A stretch of 64,000 nt of DNA from Elusimicrobiota bacterium (GCA_043827405.1 JBDRPD010000083.1:212025-276024); one strand, 5' to 3'. Shown: positions 8,114 through 18,170, numbered from the stretch's first letter. Translations and numbers: made by a program. Notes: generated by a model from the sequence alone, not told the origin.

Positions 8114-9331
8114 ATGCGGCCGCGCGTGATCCTGCATGCCGACATGAACGCCTACTTCGCCTCGGTGGAGCAGAAGGCGAACCCCCGGCTGCGCGGCCGG
8201 CCGATCGTCATTGTCGGCGACCTCCGGCGCCGCAGCGTGGTGCTCACCTCGAGCTATGAGGCCCGCGCCTATGGGGTGAAGACCGGGATGCTGTTCTGGG
8301 AGGCCAAGCGGCTCTGCCCGCAAGTGATCCCCGTCGTCGGCGATCCGGGCAAGTACCGCGCGCAGACCCGGGAGATCATCGCCCTTCTCGAGCGCTACAC
8401 CGACCGGCTTGAAGTGGCCTCGATCGACGAAGGCTACCTGGACGTGACGGGAAGCCTGCGGCTGTTTAAGACCGACGGCCGGGGAATAGCGCAGCTGATT
8501 CAAACGGAGATCCGGGATAAGCTGGAGCTGCCCTGCTCGATCGGCGTGGCGCCCAACAAGCTGCTGGCGAAGCTGGGCTCGAATATGAAAAAGCCCATGG
8601 GCATCGCGGTCATCCGGGCCGAGGATGTGGCGGGCCTGATGGAGAACCTTCCGGTCGAGGAGCTGTGCGGGATCGGCCCGCGGTTTAAAGAGCGCCTAAA
8701 CCGGATCGGCATCCGGACCTGCGGGCAGCTCGGCGCGGCTGCACGCTCTCTCCTGGAAGGCGAGTTCGGCTTCTGGGGCTACTGGATGGGGCGCTGGGGC
8801 CGGGGCGAAGACGACCGCCCGGTGGTGCGGGCCGACGAGGATGAAGCGGTCAAGAGCGTGGGGCACAGCACCACCCTGCCGCGCGATACCGTCGACCCCA
8901 AGATCATATACGCTTTTCTGCTGCTGCTGGCGGAGAAGGTCGGGGTTCGCCTGCGCCGCGCCGGGCTTAAGGGACGGACGGTGACGCTCACCATCCGTGA
9001 CGCTGATTTCCATACCCGCTCGATGAGCCGCACGGTCGGCGAGCATCTGGCGGACGGGCCGGCGATCGCGCAGACGGCGCGCCGGACCCTGCGCGATCTT
9101 TGGGCCGGGGAGCCGCTGCGCCTGCTGGGAATCGGCGTCTCGAAGCTCATCGCCCATGCGGATCAGGCCTACCTCCTGGGGGGGCTGGAGAAAGAGCGGC
9201 GTCTGGTGCGCGCTATGGACGCGATCAACGAGAAGTACGGGCGCCGGACTTTGCGCCGCGCCGCCGTACTGGATGCCGAAGACTTCGGCGTGCTCGAGCC
9301 TCCCATCCCGCCGCAGATGCGGGCCAGTTAA
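8114..9331 (+). CDS. dinB: DNA polymerase IV (Y-family)
   Basis: ILHADMNAYFASVEQ, SYEARAYGV, SIDEGYLD, SIGVAPNKLLAKL; C-terminal DAINEKYG extension. Confidence 0.93.
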   Translation: MRPRVILHADMNAYFASVEQKANPRLRGRPIVIVGDLRRRSVVLTSSYEARAYGVKTGMLFWEAKRLCPQVIPVVGDPGKYRAQTREIIALLERYTDRLEVASIDEGYLDVTGSLRLFKTDGRGIAQLIQTEIRDKLELPCSIGVAPNKLLAKLGSNMKKPMGIAVIRAEDVAGLMENLPVEELCGIGPRFKERLNRIGIRTCGQLGAAARSLLEGEFGFWGYWMGRWGRGEDDRPVVRADEDEAVKSVGHSTTLPRDTVDPKIIYAFLLLLAEKVGVRLRRAGLKGRTVTLTIRDADFHTRSMSRTVGEHLADGPAIAQTARRTLRDLWAGEPLRLLGIGVSKLIAHADQAYLLGGLEKERRLVRAMDAINEKYGRRTLRRAAVLDAEDFGVLEPPIPPQMRAS

Positions 9332-9382
9332 TACTTTTGATATGGCGCGGCCCGTGCCAACCGGGTATCCTATCAGGGGAAA

Positions 9383-10615
9383 ATGGCTGGTTATCTCGCG
9401 TTTATTTCGCGCCACAGCGGCGCCATCCTCGCGGCATTGGGAGGGCTGGCGGTTCTGGGCGGCATATTGTTTTTTTACGGCCGCCGCCGGTGGGCCCGCT
9501 ACGTGGAAGAGCGGGAGACGCTCTATCAGCCTTTGCTGCTGATGGCGATCGCCAACGAAGAGGGGGGCAAGCTCGGTCCGCCTTTCGACGATGCGCGCCG
9601 GCTCGGCGACTGGACGATCGTGGAGAATGCGCTGTTCAATTGGTCGGAGAGTTTGACCGGCTTCTCGCATAAGGGCTTTCGCCGCATCTTCGATCTCAAC
9701 GGCTTCGGCGAATACGAACGGGGACGTCTGGAGAGCCTGTTTCCCTCCGTTCGCGCCCAGGCCGCCCATCGGCTCGGCAAGATGATCTACTTCAAGGCCA
9801 TCCCGGACCTGCTGCCCATGCTGCGCGACCGCTCGGCGGAGGTGCGGCGCCGGGTTTCCTGGTCCCTGGCCAAGATGGGCCAGTCGGACGCGACCGGGCT
9901 GTTCGTAACCTCGTCGCGGCCCGATATCGTTGTTGAGGATGCGGGCAAGTCCACCGGCGCCATCACCGGGCGCTTTTTGTGGGAGGACGGGGAGCCGATC
10001 GTTATCGGCAATAAAGAAGAGACGGACTACCTCATCCACCGCGAGGGCGGGATGCACGGCGACGTGCGGAACATGCCGATTACGGGCTATGGGGGACGGG
10101 AGCTCAAGGGCGGCGCCTGGCAGACGTACACGAAGGAGTACCGGCTGCAGAATATCCCGCCGACCCGGCCCGCCGTCGTGAAGTCCGTCCTCAAGCAGGG
10201 GGTCGGCAAGTACTACGTCGTGCTGCACCGGCAGCGCGAGAGCATCACGGTCCGGGCGGGCAGCCTGACCCAGAACGTCGACTTCGTCTTCCCCCGCATC
10301 AAGGACCCGGACGACCGGGCTTCGGTCGTTGGTAAGCTTATTTATTCCGGAGTGCTCAAGCCCGGCTACAGCGACGGTTCTACCGGCGGCCGGGTGAAGG
10401 CCGTGGTCTACCTGCGCGGAGAGCGCTCGGGGTTCTACTCCGGCTACCTTTCTTTCTGGGAGCTGGACAGCTATCGCCTGCACGAGGTCCCGGGAGGGCG
10501 CTACCACATAAAAGCGACCGTCGCCGCCTACGAATACACCGGGATCGTAGTCATCCCCGACGCCCAGCCGCATACGCTGGATCTGACGCTCACTCTTGCT
10601 GCACGCCCTGGATAG
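9383..10615 (+). CDS. Membrane-anchored HEAT-repeat protein with beta-sandwich-like C-terminus
   Basis: N-terminal TM; VRAQAAHRLG / LRDRSAEVRRRVSWSLAKMG HEAT repeats; YRLHEVPGGRYHIKA resembles a carboxypeptidase-regulatory-like domain. Confidence 0.55.
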   Translation: MAGYLAFISRHSGAILAALGGLAVLGGILFFYGRRRWARYVEERETLYQPLLLMAIANEEGGKLGPPFDDARRLGDWTIVENALFNWSESLTGFSHKGFRRIFDLNGFGEYERGRLESLFPSVRAQAAHRLGKMIYFKAIPDLLPMLRDRSAEVRRRVSWSLAKMGQSDATGLFVTSSRPDIVVEDAGKSTGAITGRFLWEDGEPIVIGNKEETDYLIHREGGMHGDVRNMPITGYGGRELKGGAWQTYTKEYRLQNIPPTRPAVVKSVLKQGVGKYYVVLHRQRESITVRAGSLTQNVDFVFPRIKDPDDRASVVGKLIYSGVLKPGYSDGSTGGRVKAVVYLRGERSGFYSGYLSFWELDSYRLHEVPGGRYHIKATVAAYEYTGIVVIPDAQPHTLDLTLTLAARPG

Positions 10616-12221
10616 CTTCCAGGTCCCGGCGGATCTCCGGATTCCTCCGGTCGAGGAGGGCGGCGTTGCGCAGGGCGTGCAGCGTTTCCCGCTTGCCCTG
10701 CATCCGGAGATACTTGCTGAGCTCCCACCACAGGACGCCGTTGAGCCGGTCGAGTTGGATCGCGGCTTCCTGGTGCTCGACCGCCTGGTCGAGCCGCCAC
10801 GTGTCCCCGGCGGCCTCGAAACGCGCGTAGAGAACACGCGCTTGACCGCGCCGCGCTTCAGCCGACAGGGAATCAATCCCCGCCGCGCCGGCATAGGCGC
10901 TTAGCGCGGCGTCCAGGTCGCCGGCGCGCAGCCTTTCTCCGGCATAGACGCAGTTGCGGCTGGCGAAGAACGGCGACGCGATATAGGGGACGGCGCAGAC
11001 CGCCGCCAAGACCGCGGCGATGATGATTGTGCGGCGCGGCTTGAAGAGCGCGGAGGCCGCGGGCGCCGCCGCCGCCGCCAGGAAGACCCAAAACGCCGCC
11101 AGGTTGACCCAATACTCGACGCTCAGGCTGATAAGGCCGAAGAGCGCGAACAGCGCCAGCCCCGTTAGGTAGGGAAGGCGCTGCTCGAGAACCTCTCGGC
11201 AGCGGATGCGGCGCAGCCATAAGAGCAGAAACGCCGACAGCCCAAGCACCCCGGCCAGCCCGCTTTCGGCGAGCAGCGTCAGCGGGAAGCTGTGGGCGAA
11301 CAAGGTATGCTGGCCGCCGGCCTGGTAGGCGAGATAGGCGCTGGGAAAGTTGCCGAGCCCCACGCCCAGCCATGGATGGTCGAAAAACATCCGCATTCCG
11401 CTCCACCACCAGCCGAGACGGCGCAGATTTTCTCCCGGCTCGAGCGGGTAGCCGCCGAGATTCAGCGTGCCGAGAAACTTATAGCCGACGGCGGCGGCCA
11501 AGAGCAGCGGAATCGTCAGCAGGAGCGCGGTATGCCGTTTATTGCGGCGGTCGCGATAGCGGACCGCGGCGGCGGCGGCGGCGATGCCGACGCATACCAG
11601 CGCCCAGGTGCTGTAGACGAAGATCAGCGCGATCCCGGCCGCGGCGAGGCCGAGCCGCCAGACGTAGCGCAGCGGCTGCGCGCTGTTCCAGGTCGCATGC
11701 ACGCGTGCGGCCAGCGGGGGGAGCCAGAGGATGAGAAAAGCCGCCGCGATATTGGAGTTTACCAAGGTCCCCGCCGGCTGCTCGCGAAAAAACGAGCCGA
11801 CGCACTGCTGATACAGGATCATGGCCGCCTGCACGCACAATACGGGGACCATGCCGGCGAGAAAGATCTCCAGCGCGCGTCGGGTCCGCAGGACGTGCAG
11901 GGAAATCCAAAATAGCGCCATACAGGAAAGCCAGTCCAGCCAGCGCAGATAGGCTTCGCCCGGCCGCACCGCGTGCAGGAACGTCAGGGTCCATATGAGG
12001 GCCAGCACTCCCAGGTGGGGCGCGAAGTCGACGCGCAGGCCGCGTGAACGGGACGACCACGCGGAAACGAGCAGGAGGCCCGCCGCGAGGGCCAGCACGG
12101 CGATATAAACGATGGTCGCCGCCCATACATCATGCGCGCCGCGCGCCAGCGCGGCGCAGCTTAGCAGGAGCGCCAGCAGCAGCGCGAACATCTCATCGGC
12201 GGAGGTCTTTTCGCGGGGCAT
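10590..12221 (-). CDS. O-antigen ligase (Wzy_C) family membrane protein with C-terminal TPRs
   Basis: Many TMs; GTLVNSN, RLGWW..GMRMF.DHPWLGVGLGNF, AHS..L.LLAESG; TPR-like tail. Confidence 0.85.
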   Translation of the reverse strand: MPREKTSADEMFALLLALLLSCAALARGAHDVWAATIVYIAVLALAAGLLLVSAWSSRSRGLRVDFAPHLGVLALIWTLTFLHAVRPGEAYLRWLDWLSCMALFWISLHVLRTRRALEIFLAGMVPVLCVQAAMILYQQCVGSFFREQPAGTLVNSNIAAAFLILWLPPLAARVHATWNSAQPLRYVWRLGLAAAGIALIFVYSTWALVCVGIAAAAAAVRYRDRRNKRHTALLLTIPLLLAAAVGYKFLGTLNLGGYPLEPGENLRRLGWWWSGMRMFFDHPWLGVGLGNFPSAYLAYQAGGQHTLFAHSFPLTLLAESGLAGVLGLSAFLLLWLRRIRCREVLEQRLPYLTGLALFALFGLISLSVEYWVNLAAFWVFLAAAAAPAASALFKPRRTIIIAAVLAAVCAVPYIASPFFASRNCVYAGERLRAGDLDAALSAYAGAAGIDSLSAEARRGQARVLYARFEAAGDTWRLDQAVEHQEAAIQLDRLNGVLWWELSKYLRMQGKRETLHALRNAALLDRRNPEIRRDLEAIQGVQQE

Positions 12222-12242
12222 GTTCGCCCCAGAGGATACTAC

Positions 12243-12887
12243 TTACAGCTCGGCCGGATCGACAGAAAGCAGGCCCTGTTCGCGGCGCTGCCGGCGGTAG
12301 TCCCATGGGGGAACGGGATTGGGATCGGCCCACAGGCCCAGTCCCGCCGCACGCGCCGCACGCTCCAGTTCGCCGAGGCTCTCGTCGTCCGAGAAGTAGC
12401 GGTACCACCAGGCGAGCCCGGCTTTGAGCAGTTCGCGGTTCAGCGTGCGGCCGTCAGCGAAGCGGACGACGGAGACCCGGCGGCCGTAGGCGTCGATCGT
12501 GCGGACCTCGACGGTTACCGTCTTGCCGACCGCGAGCCGGCGCGTAAAAGCCCGTGCGGCGTCGCCGTAGGGTTGAGCCTTCTCCGGCGTGTCGACCTCG
12601 GCCAGGCGAATCTCCATAAAATCGCCGCCGTTGTCGATTACCAGGGAATCCCCGTCCTTGGCCTGTATGACCTTGCCGGTGAATTTCTGTCCTTCGCCGG
12701 CCGGGGTGATGCGTGCCGCCGCCGGCAGTACCGCGCCGGAACCGGCGATTGCGGGGACTTCGATTACGGAAACGTGGGGGAGAGCCAGGGGGCTGGCGTA
12801 AAGGGATGCGAAATCCGCGCCATGACAGATCGCGGCGCCAAGAAAGGCGGTGCAGAAGGAGAGAAAGTACGTTCGGCGCTTCAGCAC
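12243..12887 (-). CDS. Secreted thermonuclease (SNase family)
   Basis: DGDS, IRLAEVDTPE..QPYG, DAYGR, LNRELLKAGLAW, GLW.DPNPVPPWDYR; probable GTG start at 12887 with signal peptide and purine-rich RBS. Confidence 0.88.
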   Translation of the reverse strand: MLKRRTYFLSFCTAFLGAAICHGADFASLYASPLALPHVSVIEVPAIAGSGAVLPAAARITPAGEGQKFTGKVIQAKDGDSLVIDNGGDFMEIRLAEVDTPEKAQPYGDAARAFTRRLAVGKTVTVEVRTIDAYGRRVSVVRFADGRTLNRELLKAGLAWWYRYFSDDESLGELERAARAAGLGLWADPNPVPPWDYRRQRREQGLLSVDPAEL

Positions 12888-12975
12888 GAACCACCCACCC
12901 CTGGGTTGCGGCGTTCCGGGCCGACGGACTTCGTGGGCCCTTAGGCCTACATCATAGCTGGCGGCGGCTGTAAAG

Positions 12976-13278
12976 TCAAGCCGAATCGGCGGGGGGAGGA
13001 TCCTGCGGGGGGGCGGTCGGCGCCGCCGCCGAGGCTTGCTCAAGCTTCTTCAGCCTGCTCCTCAGCTCGACGATTTCGAGCTTCCCTCCTATCATGGTGG
13101 GAAGGCTTGCGAGCAGCGCGGTTACCGCGCCGATAGCGAACGAGGACAGCAGGATCAGCGCATGGGATGCTTCGTACTTGTAGGTCAGAAAAGTTACCGT
13201 TACCGGACTGGCGTTCTGCAGGGCGAACACGCAGGCAAGGACCGCGATGACCAGGGCGACGGCAAGCAAAGCCAGCAT
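12976..13278 (-). CDS. LapA family (lipopolysaccharide assembly protein A domain) membrane protein
   Basis: FALQNASPVTVTFL, second TM, coiled-coil tail. Confidence 0.8.
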   Translation of the reverse strand: MLALLAVALVIAVLACVFALQNASPVTVTFLTYKYEASHALILLSSFAIGAVTALLASLPTMIGGKLEIVELRSRLKKLEQASAAAPTAPPQDPPPADSA

Positions 13279-13320
13279 GCCTGTATTCTATAAATAAAAT
13301 AGGGCTTGCGGCCGGACATC

Positions 13321-13349
13321 TTGACGCCGGGCGGTTTCGCGTCTATAGT
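13321..13349 (+). promoter_or_regulatory. sigma70-type promoter
   Basis: TTGACG-N17-TATAGT. Confidence 0.65.
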
Positions 13350-13366
13350 TGTGGGGATTAGAGTAT

Positions 13367-13699
13367 ATGGCCAAACGCAAGACTCCCAAGAAAGCCCAAG
13401 CCCCCAAGACGGCGGCGCCGCCCGCGCCGCTGGACGCGCCGCCGGAAGACGAAGCCGATGTGGTGGACCTGCGGAAGATATTCGATGACGCCGCCAAGCT
13501 GGAAGAGGGCGGGTGGGGGCTGAAGACCGCGGATGTCGAATGCCCGCACTGCGGTGAAGAGTTCGAGCTCTCCTTCGAGCCGCAGGACGAAGGCCAAGAG
13601 CTGATTCAGGACTGTCAGGTCTGCTGCCGGCCGATCACCTTCGCGGTCGACGTCGACGTCGACGACGGCGAGGTCTCGATCTCCGCCTACCGCGATTAA
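13367..13699 (+). CDS. CPXCG-motif cysteine-rich protein
   Basis: CPHCGE...QELIQDCQVCCRPI. Confidence 0.85.
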   Translation: MAKRKTPKKAQAPKTAAPPAPLDAPPEDEADVVDLRKIFDDAAKLEEGGWGLKTADVECPHCGEEFELSFEPQDEGQELIQDCQVCCRPITFAVDVDVDDGEVSISAYRD

Positions 13700-13710
13700 G
13701 CGCGGCCGCC

Positions 13711-14220
13711 TTATTTCACTCTTTGAATCTGCGACAGGGTGAAGTGCGTGTTGAGCCGGGCTTTACGGCCGGCCCGGCGGACGGCGCGCAGCACGCTCTT
13801 GAAGTTCAGCAGGTGCCGGGGCCTGTTCTTGAGCTTGACGACCGCGAAGCGCAGGACGCCGTCCTCGAAGTCGAAGGAGGCGGAAGGGATATCCTTAAAC
13901 CTTTTGAGTTCCAGGACCACCGCCTCCGTGCACGAATTGTCGAGTATGCCGATAATTTTCGCTTCGTAGTTCCCCGGCACGAGATATTGGAGTTCCTCCA
14001 GAGGCGAGCGCTGCTTCCGGTACTCAGGAGTGTCGTCCTCGGCCTGGCCCCGGATGTAGGTTCGCGCCCCGGGGAGGACCTGGCGCGCTTCCCGGTCGCG
14101 TTCGCTGTTGCTGATTGTGTCGTCGACGAAATAGAACGGATCCGCATCTTCCGCGGCCGCGGGAGCACCGCTGCAGTACAGGGCAAAAGATATGAGAACA
14201 CCGAGTTTCGCTGTGGTCAT
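13711..14220 (-). CDS. Hypothetical exported protein
   Basis: Signal peptide from ATG 14220 (MTTAKLGVLISFALYCSGAPAAA); C-terminus loosely HMA/ferredoxin-like but without CxxC. Confidence 0.55.
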   Translation of the reverse strand: MTTAKLGVLISFALYCSGAPAAAEDADPFYFVDDTISNSERDREARQVLPGARTYIRGQAEDDTPEYRKQRSPLEELQYLVPGNYEAKIIGILDNSCTEAVVLELKRFKDIPSASFDFEDGVLRFAVVKLKNRPRHLLNFKSVLRAVRRAGRKARLNTHFTLSQIQRVK

Positions 14221-14306
14221 CGACGAAAAGCTAGCAAAATAGCCGTCCCATGAAAAGAGTATAAGGTATATGTTAAATATTTGCTGGCCCATGCCCAATA
14301 TCACCA

Positions 14307-14335
14307 TTGACAGGCTCATTATGTTGCAGTACACT
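14307..14335 (+). promoter_or_regulatory. sigma70-type promoter of the kinase operon
   Basis: TTGACA-N17-TACACT. Confidence 0.65.
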
Positions 14336-14378
14336 TGGCTCTGAACGTTTCTTTTTATTGTTTGTTTAGCGGACGAAA

Positions 14379-17300
14379 ATGAAATCACGACTGGTTGATG
14401 CATTCTTGGGGCTGATCCTGACTTTGGCCGTGGCGGCGTCCTATGTGACCCTGCGCGGCATCGAGAGTCTGGAGCTCAAGGTCTACGACCTGCGTGCCCA
14501 GATGAACGGCGATGTCGCGGTTCCGGATGACATCGTCATCATTGAGATCGACAATGATTCCATCGAGCGTCTCGGCCGCTGGCCGTGGCCGCGGACCCTT
14601 ATCGCCCGGATGCTGGAGAAGCTCGACAAGGCGGGTCCCCGGGTTATCGGCCTCGATGTTCTATTCACCGAGCCGGCCAAGAACCCGGCGTTCAAGGAGC
14701 TCGACGACCTCGAGAAAAAATATACCGATTTGGTCGCCGCGCGCCGCATTATTCAGCGGGGCGTGCAATTCGAGACGGAGTTCTCCTCGGCGGCCCATCG
14801 CCTCGACACCGACGCCCACCTGCTGGCCGCGCTGACTACGACGTATAATGTCGTGCTGCCGATGATGTTCAAGACCGCGGGCGCGACCGGCGGCCGGCCG
14901 GCCCCGGTGCCGGAAACGATGGCCAAGTCGGCGCTGTCGGTGCGGATAAAAAGCCTGCCGGAGGGGACGGTACCCCCGCTGGAGGCTTCCGGCGTCCTGT
15001 ATCCCCTGGAGCCCTTCATGCGGGCCAGTACGGGCACCGGGCATATCAGCATTATCCCGGACCCGGACGGGATTGTGCGGCGCGAGATGCCGGTTATTAA
15101 ATACGGTACGGACTACTACCCGTCCTTTTCGCTGCAGCTGGTCGCCAAATCGATGCGGCTGGCATCTGATGAGATCGAGGTGACGCCTGGCGAGTCCATT
15201 ACCGTGGGCAATATGCAAATCCCGCTGGATGAGACGCAGTCGATGCTCATTACCTACAACGGCGATGTGCGGACTTTCCGCTACTTCAAGTTCTACGAAG
15301 TCATGAAAGACGACTTCTCCATGGAGGTGTTCAAGGACAAGATCGTCATTATTGGGCCTTCCGCCTCCGGCATCGCGACGCTGTCGGTCACGCCGCTCTC
15401 GCGCGGGCTGCCTCCGGTCGAATATATCGCCAACGTCACCGAAAACTTTATCAACAGCAAGTACGTCAACCGTCCCGATTGGGCGCTGCAGGCGGAGCTC
15501 GGCGCGATCGCCTTCATCGGCCTCTTCGTCATGATCGTCCTGCCGCGGCTGGGCGTCGTCAGCGGGCTGTTTTTGACCTTGCTGTTTATGTCCGGTATTC
15601 TGGGCTCGGGCTTCTACCTGTTCAAGAAGGACGCGATATGGCTGAAGGTCACCTACCCCGCCTTCCTGCTGGCCGTGGGCTACGTCGTCATCATGGTGAA
15701 GAATTTCTTCACCACCGAACAGGATAAGGAGCGCGTCGAGGGCACTCAGGCCGACACCAACAAGCAGCTGGGCCTCCAATTCCAGAGCCAGGGCATGCTC
15801 GACATGGCCTTCGAGAAGCTGCGCACCTGTCCGGTCGACGATAACATGAAGGAGACCCTTTACGGCCTCGCTCTTGATTTCGAGCGCAAGCGCCAGTACT
15901 CCAAGGCCGTCTCGGTTTACCAGTACATCGAGAAGGAACAGGGGGATTACAAGGATATTCAGACGAAGATGAAGGCGCTGCAGGCCGCCGCCGAGGGCGC
16001 GGTGTTCGGCGGTATCGGCGGCGGACCATCCAAGGAAGGGACGATCTTCGCCGGCGGCGGGGCATCCAAGCCGACGCTGGGCCGTTACGAGATCGAGAAA
16101 GAGCTCGGCCGCGGCGCCATGGGCATCGTCTATCTCGGCAAGGACCCCAAGATCAACCGCATGGTGGCCATCAAGACCTTGATGATGGAGGGGGAGGACG
16201 ATCCCAAGGAGACCAAGGAGGTCAAGGAGCGCTTCTTCCGCGAGGCCGAGTCGGCCGGGACCCTCAACCATCCCAATATCGTTCGCATTTTCGATGCCGG
16301 CGAGGACAATGATCTGTGCTGGATCGCGATGGAGCTTCTGGACGGCCACGATTTCGTCGGCTACACCAAAAAGGACAAGCTGCTGCCGCCGGAGAAGGCC
16401 ATGGCGTACGTGGCCAATGTGGCCGAAGCGCTCGACTATGCCCATTCCCAGGGCATCGTCCACCGCGATATCAAGCCGGCCAATATCATGCTGCTCAAAG
16501 ACGGCAGCGCGCGCGTTACGGATTTCGGCATCGCCCGCATTACCGCGTCCTCGAAGACGGCGACCGGAACCGTTATGGGGACGCCGTCTTACATGAGCCC
16601 GGATCAGGTCGCCGGCAAGAAGGTCGACGGCCGCTCCGATCTGTTCAGCCTGGGCGTCACGCTCTATGAGCTGCTGTGCGGCGAGAAGCCGTTTAAGGGC
16701 GGCGAGGGCATCGGCACCTTGCTGTTCCAGATCGCCAACGATCCCGAGCCGGACATCCTGACGATTAATCCCAATTTGCCGTCCGCCGTTAAGTCCGTTA
16801 TCACCCGCGCGCTGATGAAGAACGCGGACGAGCGGTATCAGAACGGCGCGCAGATGGCCAAGGATATCAAGGCCTGCATCGAGGAAATAAAGGGCGGCGC
16901 CAAGGCGGAGGTGACGGGCGCTTCCGAGGCCGCGATCGCCGCGGGGCTGACTATTGAGGCGGCGGCGGCCCCCGCGGAAGAGGAGAAGGCCCCGCCCGTC
17001 GAAGGCGGGGCGGATCTGGCCGTCGATTTCGCGTCCGGGATGCCGCCGGTAGCGACGGGCGGAGCCGAAAGCGAAACGTCGCCCCCGAGCGAGGCTGAGC
17101 CGGCGGAAGAAGTCATCGTCGAAGCGGCAGCGCCCGCCAGCATCGATCTCTCTATCGATTTTGCGTCCGGCCCGCCGCCGGCCGCTGAACCAGCGCTCGA
17201 GCCTGCGCCCGAGCCGACGCCGGAGCCCGTGCTCGAGCCTGCGCCCGAGCCGCAGGACGACTTGCGTGCGCAGATGGAAGCGACGCTTGGCGCGCCGGCG

Positions 17301-18170
17301 GTTGAGCCGGAGCCCGCGCCGGCCGAGGAAAAGCCCGTCGAGATCGATCTCGAAAGCACGGGAAGCTTCTCGAAAGAGCTGTCAGCGATCGCGGGGGCCA
17401 GCCCGGACTTGGAGGAGACGGCGGAGAACACTCTGCCCCCGGGGAAAATCGCACCGGTTTCTGATGAGGCCGATTCCGCCGCCGAGGATATCGCGGGGTC
17501 TCTGATCATGCCTTCCGCGCCCGCGCCCGAAGCGGCGCCGGCCGCTATGGATGAAACCATCGTTCTGTCGCCCAGGGATAACTTGGGCGGCGCGGATATC
17601 CCGGTGGCGGATATCGAAGGGTCGAGCTCGGCCTCTTCGTTGTTGGGGGAGAAGATAGAGCTGGCCGCGGAGGATACCGCGGTAGACCATCATAGCCAGC
17701 CCTTGGAAATTTCCATAGACGCCGCCCCGGAGCCTGCTCCGGAGCCTGCGGGCGCCGATGAAACCGTCGTGCTGTCGGCGGCGGATGTGCTGAAGGTCGC
17801 GCCGGTCGCGAAGCCGGCGCCGTCTCCCATGCTGGAGCTGCCGCCGGAAGAGTTCAACGCCGATGAGACTTTGGTTATTTCGCCGCTCCGGGGCGGCTTC
17901 ACTCCCGAGCAGATCGCGCAGTCACTGCCGACGGTGGAAGAGCCGGCGCCTGAACCCGAACCCGCGCCGGAACCCGTCGCGCCTCCTCCCGCCGTCGGGG
18001 ATGATGAGAAGACCATCAAGATTGACGATATCAGCGCGTTTTTCCCGCAAGGCGTCTCCGGCGCAGCGCCGCCGGCCGACAGCACCGCCAGCCTCGATGA
18101 TGAGATCAGGAAGGCCGAGGCGCAGCTGTCCGACGGCATTCAACTGTCTGACCCGGATAAACCATCATGA
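14379..18170 (+). CDS. CHASE2-domain Hanks-type Ser/Thr protein kinase with long acidic Pro/Ala-rich tail
   Basis: CHASE2 (LGRWPWPR, IGLDVLF, PDPDGIVR), 3 TMs, kinase LGRGAMG, VAIK, HRDIKPAN, DFG, GTPSYMSP; ~430-aa low-complexity tail. Confidence 0.93.
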   Translation: MKSRLVDAFLGLILTLAVAASYVTLRGIESLELKVYDLRAQMNGDVAVPDDIVIIEIDNDSIERLGRWPWPRTLIARMLEKLDKAGPRVIGLDVLFTEPAKNPAFKELDDLEKKYTDLVAARRIIQRGVQFETEFSSAAHRLDTDAHLLAALTTTYNVVLPMMFKTAGATGGRPAPVPETMAKSALSVRIKSLPEGTVPPLEASGVLYPLEPFMRASTGTGHISIIPDPDGIVRREMPVIKYGTDYYPSFSLQLVAKSMRLASDEIEVTPGESITVGNMQIPLDETQSMLITYNGDVRTFRYFKFYEVMKDDFSMEVFKDKIVIIGPSASGIATLSVTPLSRGLPPVEYIANVTENFINSKYVNRPDWALQAELGAIAFIGLFVMIVLPRLGVVSGLFLTLLFMSGILGSGFYLFKKDAIWLKVTYPAFLLAVGYVVIMVKNFFTTEQDKERVEGTQADTNKQLGLQFQSQGMLDMAFEKLRTCPVDDNMKETLYGLALDFERKRQYSKAVSVYQYIEKEQGDYKDIQTKMKALQAAAEGAVFGGIGGGPSKEGTIFAGGGASKPTLGRYEIEKELGRGAMGIVYLGKDPKINRMVAIKTLMMEGEDDPKETKEVKERFFREAESAGTLNHPNIVRIFDAGEDNDLCWIAMELLDGHDFVGYTKKDKLLPPEKAMAYVANVAEALDYAHSQGIVHRDIKPANIMLLKDGSARVTDFGIARITASSKTATGTVMGTPSYMSPDQVAGKKVDGRSDLFSLGVTLYELLCGEKPFKGGEGIGTLLFQIANDPEPDILTINPNLPSAVKSVITRALMKNADERYQNGAQMAKDIKACIEEIKGGAKAEVTGASEAAIAAGLTIEAAAAPAEEEKAPPVEGGADLAVDFASGMPPVATGGAESETSPPSEAEPAEEVIVEAAAPASIDLSIDFASGPPPAAEPALEPAPEPTPEPVLEPAPEPQDDLRAQMEATLGAPAVEPEPAPAEEKPVEIDLESTGSFSKELSAIAGASPDLEETAENTLPPGKIAPVSDEADSAAEDIAGSLIMPSAPAPEAAPAAMDETIVLSPRDNLGGADIPVADIEGSSSASSLLGEKIELAAEDTAVDHHSQPLEISIDAAPEPAPEPAGADETVVLSAADVLKVAPVAKPAPSPMLELPPEEFNADETLVISPLRGGFTPEQIAQSLPTVEEPAPEPEPAPEPVAPPPAVGDDEKTIKIDDISAFFPQGVSGAAPPADSTASLDDEIRKAEAQLSDGIQLSDPDKPS

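Noticed and set aside
17190..17252. Direct DNA repeat GCTCGAGCCTGCGCCCGAGCCG
   Set aside because: It only encodes the LEPAPEP spacers within the kinase tail; not an independent element
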